The notes beneath the pieces were generated by a model, which saw nothing but the letters and a program-made list of their open reading frames with translations, did not search any database and had not been told where the DNA came from. DNA of 64,000 nucleotides. Source: Desulfomonilia bacterium (lineage in GTDB: Bacteria; Desulfobacterota; Desulfomonilia; UBA1062). The stretch is from the NCBI GenBank assembly GCA_050014195.1, contig JBEKDT010000007.1, positions 96,001 through 160,000 on the forward strand, in the 5' to 3' direction. The stretch's first letter is position 1. The number at the start of each line of letters is the position of its first letter. The position numbers and the translations under genes are program-made. Of the stretch, positions 29,638 to 40,555 are shown piece after piece.

Positions 29638-29810
29638 AAAAAAACAATTTTCCTGAACCCCTTCACAAAGCACTGAGGGTTCAGAAAAATGATTAAAAAA
29701 AGACTGCGAAGCTACCATTTGCAAAGTCTTGATCATCTGGACACCTGCAGCGCTGCAAGCGGAGTGACAACTATGTTGGCGTGACGATTAGATGGCGAGC
29801 GGAAGGGGCA
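29638..29810. repeat. Conserved structured upstream element, copy 3
   Basis: CCCCTTCACAAAGCACTGAGGGTTCAGAAAAA hairpin, AAAAGACTGCGAAGC and AGCGCTGCAAGCGGAGTGACAACTATGTTGGCGTGACG. Confidence 0.75.
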
Positions 29811-30120
29811 GCAGTGCTACATAGAGATAAAGTTGAAATGTAACATCTGTGGGAGATTTTATGTCGGAGCATATTTATCAGGGGAGAACACAGTATTCGG
29901 AAAAATTGAACGCTAAGACTGGCGGTTGGTTAGGGACTATATCCCTTGTTTTGATGTCTGATGTGGAGAACTAATACATCACAGATCAAGGTCTTGCCCA
30001 AACTGAAGATTTCTTAACAAAACATCTACTATTTCTTGTCTGATTCAAGCTATTGATTTATCGAAGAAATCAATTATATTAGAAAATCGTCTACCCCAAC
30101 TTCCGTTTTACTCAGACAAC

Positions 30121-33100
30121 CTACAACACTCGTTCCATGAATTCACCAAGGGGGTGCCTTAAAGCCTCCGCAGCCGCAACAAGCAAGGTCTTCAGAGTAC
30201 TTCTCCCGCTGTCAACGCCATCGATTGTTTTGAGCAACGCAGGCACAGATATGCTTGGAGAGTAAAACTGAAAACGGTTCTGAGCATGCCTACGCCAGGA
30301 ACCAGCGAAGCACCGAGCAACGTGTCGATTGAAAAGCACTTGACGGGCGACACTTTTGTCGCTCATAAGCCCTGAAGTCAAAAAAGCTTGAAATTGCAAA
30401 GTTTTTTCGGGGGGTAACATACCCTGTAATAATCGGGCTGCAGCTCCACAACGCATGGTCGATGGAGATGCAGTGTCAATGGTGGCTGGTTGAAGTAAAT
30501 CAGCAGGTAGTGAGGCCCCCTTGAGGAGCAACCGAATATTGTTCGTCAGAACAGCTTCTTCACCGAGGAGTTGGTTACTCACATCGAGCCAGAGCTTCAA
30601 GTGAGCTAGCAAATCTGCGCCTGTACAAATAACACCAGCACACAGCAGACCAAACCAGCTTTCAGGAGCAATTGGAAAACTTGATTTGGGTACATCATCT
30701 TGATCCAGCAGGGTCAGGCCCTGTTGCATGTTAACTGATAACTCAGCTGTAGCTCTGTCGAAGGCCAAAAGAGTCTCAATGAAACCAGCCCCTGCGCCAG
30801 TGGAATAAGCCAATGCGAGTTTTGCTTCAATCGCAAACCATCGAACAACGAAGTACCTTGAAGTCTCCAACACTTCCAATTCCTGAGCAATCCCTGCCGG
30901 TTCCTTCTCCAATGTCGAAACTAGGTGCAGAATTTGAGCTCGGGTTATCTCGCTACGAGCGACTTGCCCGGGCTCGATCTTGGAGACTTTCAGATCGGGT
31001 GAGCTAGCATATCCTGGCTCAAACTGTGGCTCGATCTGAGTTGTCTTCCACAGGCTATTCTCGATTGTTCTGTAAACCGCAAAAGCTGCTCGTTGCACTG
31101 CTTCCCATCGTTCATCATCTTCCACCGCAGCCTCTGCTGGTAATAACAAGACAGCTTCTGCCAATAGCCTTGCCGCGATGGCCTGGTCTCCTGTAAGTGA
31201 TATTGCTAACGCTGCATCCACCTGAAGTCCGAATTTGGTTAGCGCAAAGGAACCTGGCTGAACGGAATTTGCAGCGTTAAGGAAGATTTGTCCTGCTTTA
31301 TCCCATTGTTTGAGTCGAGCGGCACTTATGCCAGCTCGTCGATAGGCAAACGGGTCGAGAGTAGTTCTGCTGACGGGGTCATTGGTCAACTGATCCCAGA
31401 TCTCAAGAACGGATTTATCATCTTGTGCGTGAAAAAGGACGTTGGCTCGCTGCTCCATGAGCACGACCGACGGACCGAATGCCATCTCGGCTTGTTCAAG
31501 TACAGAGAGAGCCTCTTCACTTCGTTTAAGGTACTCTGTCAGAATGATTGCTCTGGCTTTCGCAGCTTCTCGGCCAAATCGAGGTGAGGCTCGTCGCTTC
31601 GCGTACTCTTCTATACGTTCAAATAGCTCTATCCAGGGATTCCAATCCTTAATTTGTTCATGTGCAGTGGCCCATGCACTATGTACGAATGCACCTAAGC
31701 TCTGAACGAGAGGCCATTCCAGCATTGCATCAAATTGCTGCCTAATGTCTTCTGTTGCAACGTTATCCAACCAGTGCAACAATTCGTCGAGGTTGCTCAA
31801 CTCGCGAATGCTTCGACTGGCATAAAGAAATATTACTTGGGTTATTGTTCCACCTTTGGGCATACCGTCTTCTGCATTGGCATTTTCAAAAAACTGTATA
31901 CCCAAATTTGAGTGAGCATCTAAAATCTCCCTCGGTAGCGTTGGAATTCCCATGATGGCCTCAAGGCGAAATTTGAGCGGTATCTTGGAATTATCTGTAA
32001 AGCTTGCAGAGTGCCACATCATCGCGTGGCTTATGGCCTTGGCCATAGGGTGCTGAATCCGCTCAATGTCATCTTCCCATCGTGCACAGATTTGAGGTAA
32101 GCACTCTGTATTCAACGTCAATGCAACCCGAAATTGTAACCCTCTCAGAATCGCCCCGGCCATCGCATCATCCGTGATGGATTGTCCGGTCTCGAGTGCG
32201 ACAAACGGCAGCCATAGGAGTTGTCGCTCAACTTCACATTTTGCATCTTTACCATCTATTAATTGGAGTCGTATCGCTGTCTGGGCGAGCCGTCGAGGTT
32301 CACCTCCAATGTATGCGTGGAAAAGAAGTGCGGCAGCCTCAAATGAGTCAAGTGTGTGTTTGGCTAGGATGGCGTCATGCAGGCAGATGTGTGCCCATTT
32401 GCGTTTCTCCGGAGACCAGACATCTATCGCGACTCCGCTGAGTAGCGCCGTAGTTCGAAACCACTGACCTTCGACCAGCTCAAGCCATTTCCCAGTGAGA
32501 TTGTCGAGGACATCCCCCCCGTTTGTAAGCCCCTCAACGGCCTCAGCCAGTCGAATCGCAATTGATCTGTGCATTAGTATGGAGCATTCAGAAACCATAT
32601 AGACAAACTCAGCAATAGGGCCAGGCACAGAGTCGCTGAGTAGCTGTCTGGCCATCTGATGAACTGAAGTCACCGCCGATGATTGTGTGACGAGGTCAGT
32701 TGCATTAGGTCTTGGCCAGTTGCGAGCAGCAATTTCGGCTAACCGAACCTGGACAAGTTTAGGATGGCCTCTCGTCCACGCCGTAATGAGAGTGCTCCAG
32801 TACTTGGCAATCTCATGTGGACAACCGTGTTCGATGCACAAAGTCTCAGTTTCATCGGAACTGAGCTCAGGTACTTCGAGAAGCTCGATGTCGTTGAAAT
32901 CCTGTACAATGGCCGAGTCGCTAGTTCCCCCTCGTGCGGTAAGAAGGATGCCTCGCCCTGAAGAACAAGCTCGATGCAAGACCAACGCAAGCGAATCTCG
33001 ATAGACACGGTGAGCCGACGGGCTGATATCCAGGTCATCGATAATAATTAAACTTGGGCAATACCCACTTTCGATTTGGCCTGCTAGTGCGAGAAGCACG

Positions 33101-34188
33101 CTGTCGACTTGGTCGACCATTCTCTCGGTTAGATTGATCCACCATGCCTCAGGGCACAGAGTTGAAGTAACAAGCTGTGCAGCTGTTGTCTTACCCTTGT
33201 AAACTGTACCAGTCAGCAAGACGACCTTGCGATGCTTGACCAAATCCTTCAGACGATGCGTGAGTGCAGGTCTTCTAAGTAGAGGCTCGGGCGGTCTTGG
33301 TGACTTCTCAAGCAAGAGATTAAGTAATCCCAATCCAGGCTGTACTTTAAAAATCAAAGCTTGGAGCTGATCCACCGCCACCGGTAGGTATATAGTGCTT
33401 GCTGTTTCGACCTGGCGAAGCAAATCGCCTCGGGTCAGATACCTTCTTGCAAGCGAGGGCTCCACAATAATCTCCCAGAAGCGGGACTCGAGATACTTTC
33501 GCACGGTTGGAATTAAGGCCAAAGAGCGTCGTTGATTGCTAAGGAAGACTGAGATACGGTCGTCAACACTTCGTTTGACTACATCAAGGTCCGGCTGATT
33601 GGTGAGCCAATGAAATCTTTGGATAAGACGTTTCTGGGCATGTTCTGGTGTTGTAGAAGTCAGGAACGCCTGTAACGGGCTGCTTTTATCCAGTTTTGAA
33701 ATAAGGTACTTTATCACAACAATGGCTAATTCGAGATTAGTCTGAGCTGCTCGCCAAACCTCAATGCCTTTTAAACCATCAAAGTTAGCATCCTGTTCCA
33801 TAGCAATGGAGCTGGTGGTCAGAAAGTGAAAGTCGATTTGTCGGTTCGATTCTTGGCTGGACAGGGTCCAGAAGTTCTCTAACGCCTCATGCGCTTTGGC
33901 GGTACCTAAAGAGATAGTCCCCATGTTCCGCTTGACTTGAACTGTGATAGCGGAATCAGTCCTGACAATGTCGAAGTCTTCTGCGCCTTCAAGGTAGATG
34001 ACTTCATCTGCATCAACTAACCGGAGCCATGCATCAATAGACCACCAAGCTTGATATACGTCCCCATAAGTTGAAGATACAGCTTGCCGCCGAGGGTCCC
34101 CAGCTAGTTGTTCAGGAAGACCTGTGATTTTTGCAAGAATATCGTCAATGTCTGGCAGACCACCAAGTCTAGATTCATGGTCAGGCAT
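30121..34188 (-). CDS. PD-(D/E)xK nuclease - STAND NTPase - helical repeat protein (Avs-like)
   Basis: N-terminal YQ..EGAEDFD..VQVK nuclease motif; Walker A GTVYKGKT; Walker B LIIIDDLD; GHP motif; long TPR-like C-terminus. Confidence 0.75.
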   Translation of the reverse strand: MPDHESRLGGLPDIDDILAKITGLPEQLAGDPRRQAVSSTYGDVYQAWWSIDAWLRLVDADEVIYLEGAEDFDIVRTDSAITVQVKRNMGTISLGTAKAHEALENFWTLSSQESNRQIDFHFLTTSSIAMEQDANFDGLKGIEVWRAAQTNLELAIVVIKYLISKLDKSSPLQAFLTSTTPEHAQKRLIQRFHWLTNQPDLDVVKRSVDDRISVFLSNQRRSLALIPTVRKYLESRFWEIIVEPSLARRYLTRGDLLRQVETASTIYLPVAVDQLQALIFKVQPGLGLLNLLLEKSPRPPEPLLRRPALTHRLKDLVKHRKVVLLTGTVYKGKTTAAQLVTSTLCPEAWWINLTERMVDQVDSVLLALAGQIESGYCPSLIIIDDLDISPSAHRVYRDSLALVLHRACSSGRGILLTARGGTSDSAIVQDFNDIELLEVPELSSDETETLCIEHGCPHEIAKYWSTLITAWTRGHPKLVQVRLAEIAARNWPRPNATDLVTQSSAVTSVHQMARQLLSDSVPGPIAEFVYMVSECSILMHRSIAIRLAEAVEGLTNGGDVLDNLTGKWLELVEGQWFRTTALLSGVAIDVWSPEKRKWAHICLHDAILAKHTLDSFEAAALLFHAYIGGEPRRLAQTAIRLQLIDGKDAKCEVERQLLWLPFVALETGQSITDDAMAGAILRGLQFRVALTLNTECLPQICARWEDDIERIQHPMAKAISHAMMWHSASFTDNSKIPLKFRLEAIMGIPTLPREILDAHSNLGIQFFENANAEDGMPKGGTITQVIFLYASRSIRELSNLDELLHWLDNVATEDIRQQFDAMLEWPLVQSLGAFVHSAWATAHEQIKDWNPWIELFERIEEYAKRRASPRFGREAAKARAIILTEYLKRSEEALSVLEQAEMAFGPSVVLMEQRANVLFHAQDDKSVLEIWDQLTNDPVSRTTLDPFAYRRAGISAARLKQWDKAGQIFLNAANSVQPGSFALTKFGLQVDAALAISLTGDQAIAARLLAEAVLLLPAEAAVEDDERWEAVQRAAFAVYRTIENSLWKTTQIEPQFEPGYASSPDLKVSKIEPGQVARSEITRAQILHLVSTLEKEPAGIAQELEVLETSRYFVVRWFAIEAKLALAYSTGAGAGFIETLLAFDRATAELSVNMQQGLTLLDQDDVPKSSFPIAPESWFGLLCAGVICTGADLLAHLKLWLDVSNQLLGEEAVLTNNIRLLLKGASLPADLLQPATIDTASPSTMRCGAAARLLQGMLPPEKTLQFQAFLTSGLMSDKSVARQVLFNRHVARCFAGSWRRHAQNRFQFYSPSISVPALLKTIDGVDSGRSTLKTLLVAAAEALRHPLGEFMERVL

Positions 34189-34713
34189 ATCTATAATCTT
34201 TCTCTAATACCAAGGGGCGGGGTGATGTTCTCGTATTCTGAATACCGGTACGAAAACCTGCAATGGAGCCACCATTGAAATAATACAACATTAATGGTGT
34301 TGAGGAGAGATCTTTCATCTCATTTTTCACCCAAAAAATAACTAAACAGCACTTCTGGAACAATCCACCATTATGAACCGAAGTATAATTGAAGTATATC
34401 CGTATATTGAGTCCGTGGCAATATGCTATTATAATTCATAAACAACATGGTTCTAGTGTAATACTTGTGAGCAGGATGAAGTAATAATAGCTCGTTGACC
34501 TTGACTGGAGATAATGTGCCATACACAACGCTTCCCCCATACTGAATATTTCTTTTGATAATCTCTACAAGTCGATGAACAGGATAGCCTTTAGATTTCC
34601 TGTAAAATATTGCTCATAATTTGAGCTACATCGCATTATTTCAGAATCACCTGCATGATTGCATCTCCCCAAAATCGTGATGGAAGAGTAGGTGGAGAGA
34701 AAATGCATTAATA

Positions 34714-34741
34714 GCTATACAAAAGGTATCTTTCCTATAGC
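34714..34741. other. Candidate tyrosine-recombinase crossover site (11-6-11)
   Basis: GCTATACAAAA-GGTATC-TTTCCTATAGC; arms 9/11 complementary; directly upstream of the recombinase. Confidence 0.45.
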
Positions 34742-34777
34742 GATATGTGTTATAGTGATTATCTGAGAGGGGTTGGA

Positions 34778-35839
34778 ATGGGTGAAAATCAGCATCAAAT
34801 CGCTATACGAAATAATTCTTATGAGATCAGCATCCCTGAAGGTGATCAGGACACCTTATACTTCTGGCTGAAAAATTATCTCGAGCATGCCGTCACTACC
34901 GCAGAGAACTCCCGCAAAGTTCAGGTGAGGGACCTATCGCTCTTCATCCGGTTCGCTGAAAAAGAAGGCGCTCTCATGAGATCGGTGTGGACTCCCAGGT
35001 TATCCCGGGCGTTCATAGACTTCCTGAGGACAACCCTCAGGTCCGGAGGACAACGGTACTGGGCAGACAGGACTATCAACCGGATCCTGGCGCACGTGAA
35101 GACCTTTGCGAAGTGGATCCACAAGCTTGCTCCTTTTCCGCTTGGGAACCCCATGGGGAATATCAGGCTCATGGGGGTAGGGGAGAACCTCGATATCGAA
35201 CGGGCATTCTCCGATGGCGAACGTCGCAAGCTGCTCGATGCTGCAGACCTTCTGCCTTCGGTCTGGGGGAAGAGTAGGGACCGTAGGAGAAATAAGAATA
35301 CTGAACCTGTGGCCAGGCCCAGGAGGAAGTACGCACGCCCATGGCGCAACCGGGCCATGATGTATACCTTGATCGAAACCGGCATGCGCAGGGCTGCATT
35401 AGTGAATATCAATATCAGTGACATTGACTGGGATCATCATCTTATCATTACAGTAGAGAAGGGTGGGTATTCCCATTCCTATTCAATCAGTGATCAGGGA
35501 TTGAAGGCGATCCTAGATTATCTGGCCGATGAGCGTGAAGTGGATAAAGGAGAGGGATTGAATGCTCTGTTCCTGCCGGCAAGTACCATCCGGAACAGCA
35601 GTGGCCGTCTTACACCCCTCGTGGTCAACCATGTATGGGACGAGGTGTGCACTCTTGCCCAGGTCTCAGGTAAAACACCGCACTCTGCCCGGCATGCTAT
35701 GGGGAGGCACATTATTGAGAAGACCGGGAACATTGCTGCAGTCCAGAGGCAGCTTGGGCATAGGAATGTAGCTTACTCGGTGCAATATGCGAGGGTGTCA
35801 AATAAAGAGTTGAGGGATGTGCTAAATAATCGATCATGA
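34778..35839 (+). CDS. Tyrosine recombinase (XerC/D-like integrase/resolvase)
   Basis: ETGMR, EKGG, PHSARH, LGH and terminal Y catalytic residues. Confidence 0.92.
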   Translation: MGENQHQIAIRNNSYEISIPEGDQDTLYFWLKNYLEHAVTTAENSRKVQVRDLSLFIRFAEKEGALMRSVWTPRLSRAFIDFLRTTLRSGGQRYWADRTINRILAHVKTFAKWIHKLAPFPLGNPMGNIRLMGVGENLDIERAFSDGERRKLLDAADLLPSVWGKSRDRRRNKNTEPVARPRRKYARPWRNRAMMYTLIETGMRRAALVNINISDIDWDHHLIITVEKGGYSHSYSISDQGLKAILDYLADEREVDKGEGLNALFLPASTIRNSSGRLTPLVVNHVWDEVCTLAQVSGKTPHSARHAMGRHIIEKTGNIAAVQRQLGHRNVAYSVQYARVSNKELRDVLNNRS

Positions 35840-35926
35840 ATCCTTTGTCATGCTTAACTCTGTTAAACGATCCATTAATGCGTATGTAGGAACATTGAAT
35901 AATCTAATGGTATTCTATTAGTTCAT

Positions 35927-37537
35927 ATGCTTTACGACCATATAGGCTATCTATATGTAAGGAAACAGAATGGTCAAGCAAGGATGAAGAAGAGCGGTGA
36001 TTCCAAGAAGATTGAACGTCGTTTCCGTGAACTTCACACTACTCTGTGTGCTCTGATCGATAAAGATCCAAAGTTGGCAATCAAAGCTGCTCATGCGTTA
36101 ACTCCTGATGATGTTTTAAATGAACAAAACATCAATGCAATAAGGGCAGGGATACTGATTGACGCAGGAATTTATGGGAATGATGTTCAAACCGTAGATG
36201 AAGGTATTGCCTTATATCAATGTATTTTGGATAGCGTTCCAAACAGAGGCGACTTCCAATACTGTCTGGCTAACGGACTTGTAGGAAAGGCTGATCTCCT
36301 CTCATACTCAGGCCCAGAATGGTTCTGCTTAACAGCAGAACTGCGACGAAGGGCTAGATACCTATACCGATTCGCAGGAGAAGAAGAGATTGGTTCTGTT
36401 ATTGCCTCACGATCACTCACCAATCTTGGTAATTCCCTAATAAAAGCTTACCGATTTATCGAGGCATACGACTGTTATCTGAGTGCATTAAAGCATGACA
36501 CCTCTAATGGAGTTGCTCTGACTGGTGCTGCAAGAATTCTTCTGCGATTCGCCAACGAAGGCACTGGGGACCGTGGTGCCTTACTCGCTGTTGCTGCTCG
36601 ACATTTACAAACTGCGCGAGAGAACCCTGACAGGATTCGTGAGCTAGCTGGAGAGCGAGCGTTCAGAGAATTATCTAAATTGATGAAGACCAAGATTGTT
36701 GGTGGGGCTGTGCCGGACTTGGCTACGGCTACTGATTACCAGCTGTTTGTGGCAAACCATCGTTTGGCCTTGGCTCCAACCATTGAGGGTCTCGACCTAT
36801 CTATGTCACGGTGGGATTCGCTTCGCATCAAGAGCATTACCGAGCATATGAACACCGAGGATTGTATTCCTCCAATCTTCGCGATGTTCAATGTACTCAA
36901 ATCTGACTATTTAACAGCTCGGTTCCTAGCATATCTGGCTTTAGAAGGTGAACTTAACGACAGTGGTAAATACTCCGACACACTGGACTATGCAATCTAT
37001 GGCATGCGGTCTTCGGTTCTTACACTTGCCCAGAGGGCCTGTATGGACATCCTCGACAAGATTGCAGTTGGAGCTAGCGAATATCTTGGTCTCCCAGGCA
37101 ATTATAGGTCAATCAAATTCCCGACGAGATGGTTCCTAAATCCAAATGATGAAGAGCAACTAACCTGGCAATCTGATGTATTCGACGAAATTAAATTAGG
37201 GAACACAGCTTTGATTGCTTTATCTGAGGTCTCTTATGACCTTCAGAAGAGCGGATTCCTGCAGGAGAAGAGGTCGATTCGAAACACATCAACACACCGT
37301 TTTACGGTGCTGCATGACCTTGATAAGAGAACAAGCCGAAAGTGTCGATACATTGACCACTATGTCATGGAAGCTTTCAAGGACCAGTTGATAGAAACTC
37401 TCCAACTTACGCGAGCTGTTTTATTTTACTTTGTCGAAATGATCAATCTTCGTGAGAAACGTCTATCAAGAGATGGGGTGCTGCCTCTACACGTCCCAGA
37501 TCATGACTGGATCCGGGGCGAGGATGATGAGCCGTAG
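35927..37537 (+). CDS. TPR + HEPN (LA2681-like) protein
   Basis: TPR-like NLGNSL..AYDCY..AL; DILDKIA; RNTSTH (RxxxxH) HEPN motif. Confidence 0.8.
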   Translation: MLYDHIGYLYVRKQNGQARMKKSGDSKKIERRFRELHTTLCALIDKDPKLAIKAAHALTPDDVLNEQNINAIRAGILIDAGIYGNDVQTVDEGIALYQCILDSVPNRGDFQYCLANGLVGKADLLSYSGPEWFCLTAELRRRARYLYRFAGEEEIGSVIASRSLTNLGNSLIKAYRFIEAYDCYLSALKHDTSNGVALTGAARILLRFANEGTGDRGALLAVAARHLQTARENPDRIRELAGERAFRELSKLMKTKIVGGAVPDLATATDYQLFVANHRLALAPTIEGLDLSMSRWDSLRIKSITEHMNTEDCIPPIFAMFNVLKSDYLTARFLAYLALEGELNDSGKYSDTLDYAIYGMRSSVLTLAQRACMDILDKIAVGASEYLGLPGNYRSIKFPTRWFLNPNDEEQLTWQSDVFDEIKLGNTALIALSEVSYDLQKSGFLQEKRSIRNTSTHRFTVLHDLDKRTSRKCRYIDHYVMEAFKDQLIETLQLTRAVLFYFVEMINLREKRLSRDGVLPLHVPDHDWIRGEDDEP

Positions 37538-37620
37538 TTTGGATATTTACAATGTGTAATGTGTTACTCAACGCGGATACCCAGTTATAATGACCATTTC
37601 GTCTAATGCACATCATACTA

Positions 37621-38511
37621 CTATTCATTCCAGAGGCTGATCACAGCATTCAGAAAGATATCACAATTTGCATTCGACCATGACGTGTGTGAATTATCAC
37701 GAAGAAGATAATATTGCTCATTTGCGCACACCAGATTGGTCTTATCTGCTTCAGTTTGAATCCAGTCAATTGCATTAACAAAGCAGTCTTGAAAAGAGGT
37801 TGTAAACAAATGATTGGGAACATTGTAAAGGAGGCCTTCAAGGTAGTACGAGGGAGCAGTACCTCCTTTGATGATGCCTTCATCTACAAGTTTTGAACGC
37901 ATATTCTTAAGAATTCGAACCATTGGTTTGAACCACCTTTTGGTACCTTGGTGCTTGGTTGTAAGGTTTGCAGAATGTTGTTTGGGGTAATTTGCAATAC
38001 TTATACCTTCAGAGGTGTAGAAACAGATTCCTTCATAGTAAAGTTGGTCATCTATACTTTTAAACCTGTAGTACCGTCGGTATTGAATTGCAGCAATAAC
38101 ATCAGCCTTTCGACGACTTCCATTAGCGGCAATGGCTATTGCTTTATTTCCGGCGAGAACATTCCGGCCATATTTGTCCTTAAGAACCCTTAACACATCT
38201 CGTTTGAAGTCGTTATACGTGTATGTTGCATCAGGAAATGTACCTTTATAAGCGTTCTGATCATCCGGAGATAACGCACTAAGGTCGCTTTGGAAACAAT
38301 CGTCTAGTTTAATTACAATGTCAACATCACTCTCAGCAAAGATATTTGTATCGTTCCCGTATGAGCCTTGAAGAAACACGGAAAAATTCTTGGCTGCATA
38401 TGGTGTATCAACAGCTACCAACACAGTCTTAATTGTATTGTAAGTGGAACTAGATTGAGTGACGGACCCTTGATGTGACCATGTTTCGAGTTGAGATTCA
38501 AGAATTGCCAT
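37621..38511 (-). CDS. cdnE: CBASS CD-NTase, CdnE-like
   Basis: [12 protein letters not shown]-terminus, [35 protein letters not shown]. Confidence 0.88.
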   Translation of the reverse strand: MAILESQLETWSHQGSVTQSSSTYNTIKTVLVAVDTPYAAKNFSVFLQGSYGNDTNIFAESDVDIVIKLDDCFQSDLSALSPDDQNAYKGTFPDATYTYNDFKRDVLRVLKDKYGRNVLAGNKAIAIAANGSRRKADVIAAIQYRRYYRFKSIDDQLYYEGICFYTSEGISIANYPKQHSANLTTKHQGTKRWFKPMVRILKNMRSKLVDEGIIKGGTAPSYYLEGLLYNVPNHLFTTSFQDCFVNAIDWIQTEADKTNLVCANEQYYLLRDNSHTSWSNANCDIFLNAVISLWNE

Positions 38512-38525
38512 GGCATTTCTCCTGA

Positions 38526-39482
38526 TTAAAGTAAAATATTTTTAAGCTGGGCTTCTCGCGCAGCAAAAGATTCGCGTCCTCTCTGGCGCAATAAGTTTAA
38601 TTTATCTAGGTCATGTTCCAACAGATCGGTTGCCAGTTCCGGCTGATCGAATGTATCGCTGATACGAATAGTGGTGACATCCTTGAAGAGGACTTCACGA
38701 AGCTGATCCATCGATTGTGTATTGATCTCTAATGTTTTCTGTAATAACTGAACGCTAACAAGATTTCTGGCTATGCGCATTTTGAAGCTAGGTTTTGGTT
38801 CAGGATATATACCGACACCAACATTAACTGCTCGGATGTCTTTCCGTTCCTTTTGTAAACCTGAAACAGCTTCAGCAATCGCATACAGAGTTGGGTTATT
38901 TGCACAATAGCCCCCATCGAGGAGCTCAATCTTATCGCCTGTAGCTGTATTAACGATCTTTCTTTTGAAGAAAGGATATGCTGAACAGGATGCTTGTACT
39001 GCATCAGCGATGCTTACTCCAAATCCTGGTATGAATGTCCCTTGGCGGCCATGAGCTTGTTCAATACTTCCTTTAAAAATCATTGGTTTCTCAGTCATCC
39101 ATCTTGTGGTAACAATTCCAATCCTAGTTTTTACATCTTCAAAAGATCGATCGCCGAAGACCTCTTTGGCAAGTTTTGACAATTCTGCAGACCTTGAACT
39201 TGGAAAACTCTTTGCCATGACACTTGGCACATGCGTCTTATACAGGTTGTGAATTTCATCGATTTCATACCCTAGAGCAATAAGCGAAGCTATAATCGCC
39301 CCAGTGCTAGTTCCAAATACAAGATCAAATCGTTTATAAAGAGGACACTTGAGCATGCCCTCGATTTCTTTAAGGACACCCAGCGTATAGAATCCCTTTG
39401 CACCTCCACCGTCAAGTGCAAGTATACGAAAAATACCATCTCTTTGGTACTCGGCCGTCAATCCCGTGGTGAGTTCCCCCAT
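38526..39482 (-). CDS. CBASS patatin-like phospholipase effector (CapE-like)
   Basis: DGGGAKG, GTSTG and DGG motifs; 14 bp upstream of the CD-NTase. Confidence 0.9.
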   Translation of the reverse strand: MGELTTGLTAEYQRDGIFRILALDGGGAKGFYTLGVLKEIEGMLKCPLYKRFDLVFGTSTGAIIASLIALGYEIDEIHNLYKTHVPSVMAKSFPSSRSAELSKLAKEVFGDRSFEDVKTRIGIVTTRWMTEKPMIFKGSIEQAHGRQGTFIPGFGVSIADAVQASCSAYPFFKRKIVNTATGDKIELLDGGYCANNPTLYAIAEAVSGLQKERKDIRAVNVGVGIYPEPKPSFKMRIARNLVSVQLLQKTLEINTQSMDQLREVLFKDVTTIRISDTFDQPELATDLLEHDLDKLNLLRQRGRESFAAREAQLKNILL

Positions 39483-39623
39483 AATGAGCCTCTAGTATAA
39501 GAAATGATTGTTTATCCAGACATTAAGTATTCTACAATATGCTATTTTAAAGCATAATCTATATTGTTGTGGGTTCTTATTAACTTGAATAGCCATTTTT
39601 CATTGCAATAATACATTTCTTCC

Positions 39624-39968
39624 TTAGACAGGTAGTACAGCAACAAGAAAATATTTTAAAGCAGTAGTGACTACCTTATCGATCAAATCATTTTTTAATT
39701 TATCCAAGTCAACTTGGGCAAGTCCTTGTTGCGTTAAAGATTCTAGGGTTATAGAAGGCTTTTTAGAATTAACTAACCAGATAAAATCTTTTTGCGAAAG
39801 CTCACCTGTTGAAAGTTGTTTGGTCCAGCTATCGAGATCATTTTCAAGATTTTGAAGAAAACAATTACAATCCCCAATAGCTTCATCTTTACATGTCTTA
39901 AAACTACTTTCAGCTAATTCCTCAATTTGTCCTTTAAGATCTTTGTAAAAGTCATCAAATGTAGCCAT
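39624..39968 (-). CDS. Hypothetical helical protein
   Basis: 114 aa, AGGAG RBS, co-oriented with the lipoprotein gene and CBASS. Confidence 0.75.
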   Translation of the reverse strand: MATFDDFYKDLKGQIEELAESSFKTCKDEAIGDCNCFLQNLENDLDSWTKQLSTGELSQKDFIWLVNSKKPSITLESLTQQGLAQVDLDKLKNDLIDKVVTTALKYFLVAVLPV

Positions 39969-39996
39969 ATCGATCTCCTTTTATTCAGATGTTAGA

Positions 39997-40419
39997 CTAG
40001 GATCCTTTTTTCCCTTCTTCGAGACGAATTATTGAATCAAAGTGACCGGAGATCACTTTCTTGGCTCCGGTAATAAAAACTGGTGAAAGAGATCCTTCGT
40101 CTTCCCATTTCTTTAAAAATCCACCTAATGAATTACCGTTTGGATCTTTTACGATTTCCCATTGCTTTGTAGTTATTTCGTTTTTAGATTCTGCTTTTGC
40201 ATATTCATATGCTTTTTCCATATCGAGTTTCAGATTTTCTATTTCACTTTTATGGAGTGTAAAAGATTCTGTGGCCTTATCCATTAAGGACAATGCTTCA
40301 GCCTTTATTGCAAGATCTTGCTGGTCTGCTGTTTTATTAAAGGGCGCAATAGTAGAGCATGCGAAAATCATGGTTAAAATCCCAATTAGTAAAGAAAGCC
40401 TTATTACCTGTTTATTCAT
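39997..40419 (-). CDS. Hypothetical lipoprotein
   Basis: Signal peptide with lipobox IFAC; AAGGGGG RBS. Confidence 0.8.
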   Translation of the reverse strand: MNKQVIRLSLLIGILTMIFACSTIAPFNKTADQQDLAIKAEALSLMDKATESFTLHKSEIENLKLDMEKAYEYAKAESKNEITTKQWEIVKDPNGNSLGGFLKKWEDEGSLSPVFITGAKKVISGHFDSIIRLEEGKKGS

Positions 40420-40555
40420 ATATCCCCCTTTTTAAGGCTTTATTTTTAGTTTGATATTTCCTCTTATATTTTTGACTGCCGGCCGTAGCCTAACCAACAA
40501 TATTACTGTCAGTATTATTTTATTTGACTCTCTCCATTGAATCTGTCATTAATCT

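Noticed and set aside
34778-35839. Integron integrase with cassette array
   Set aside because: No IntI-specific insertion recognised and no attC-like repeats between the neighbouring genes
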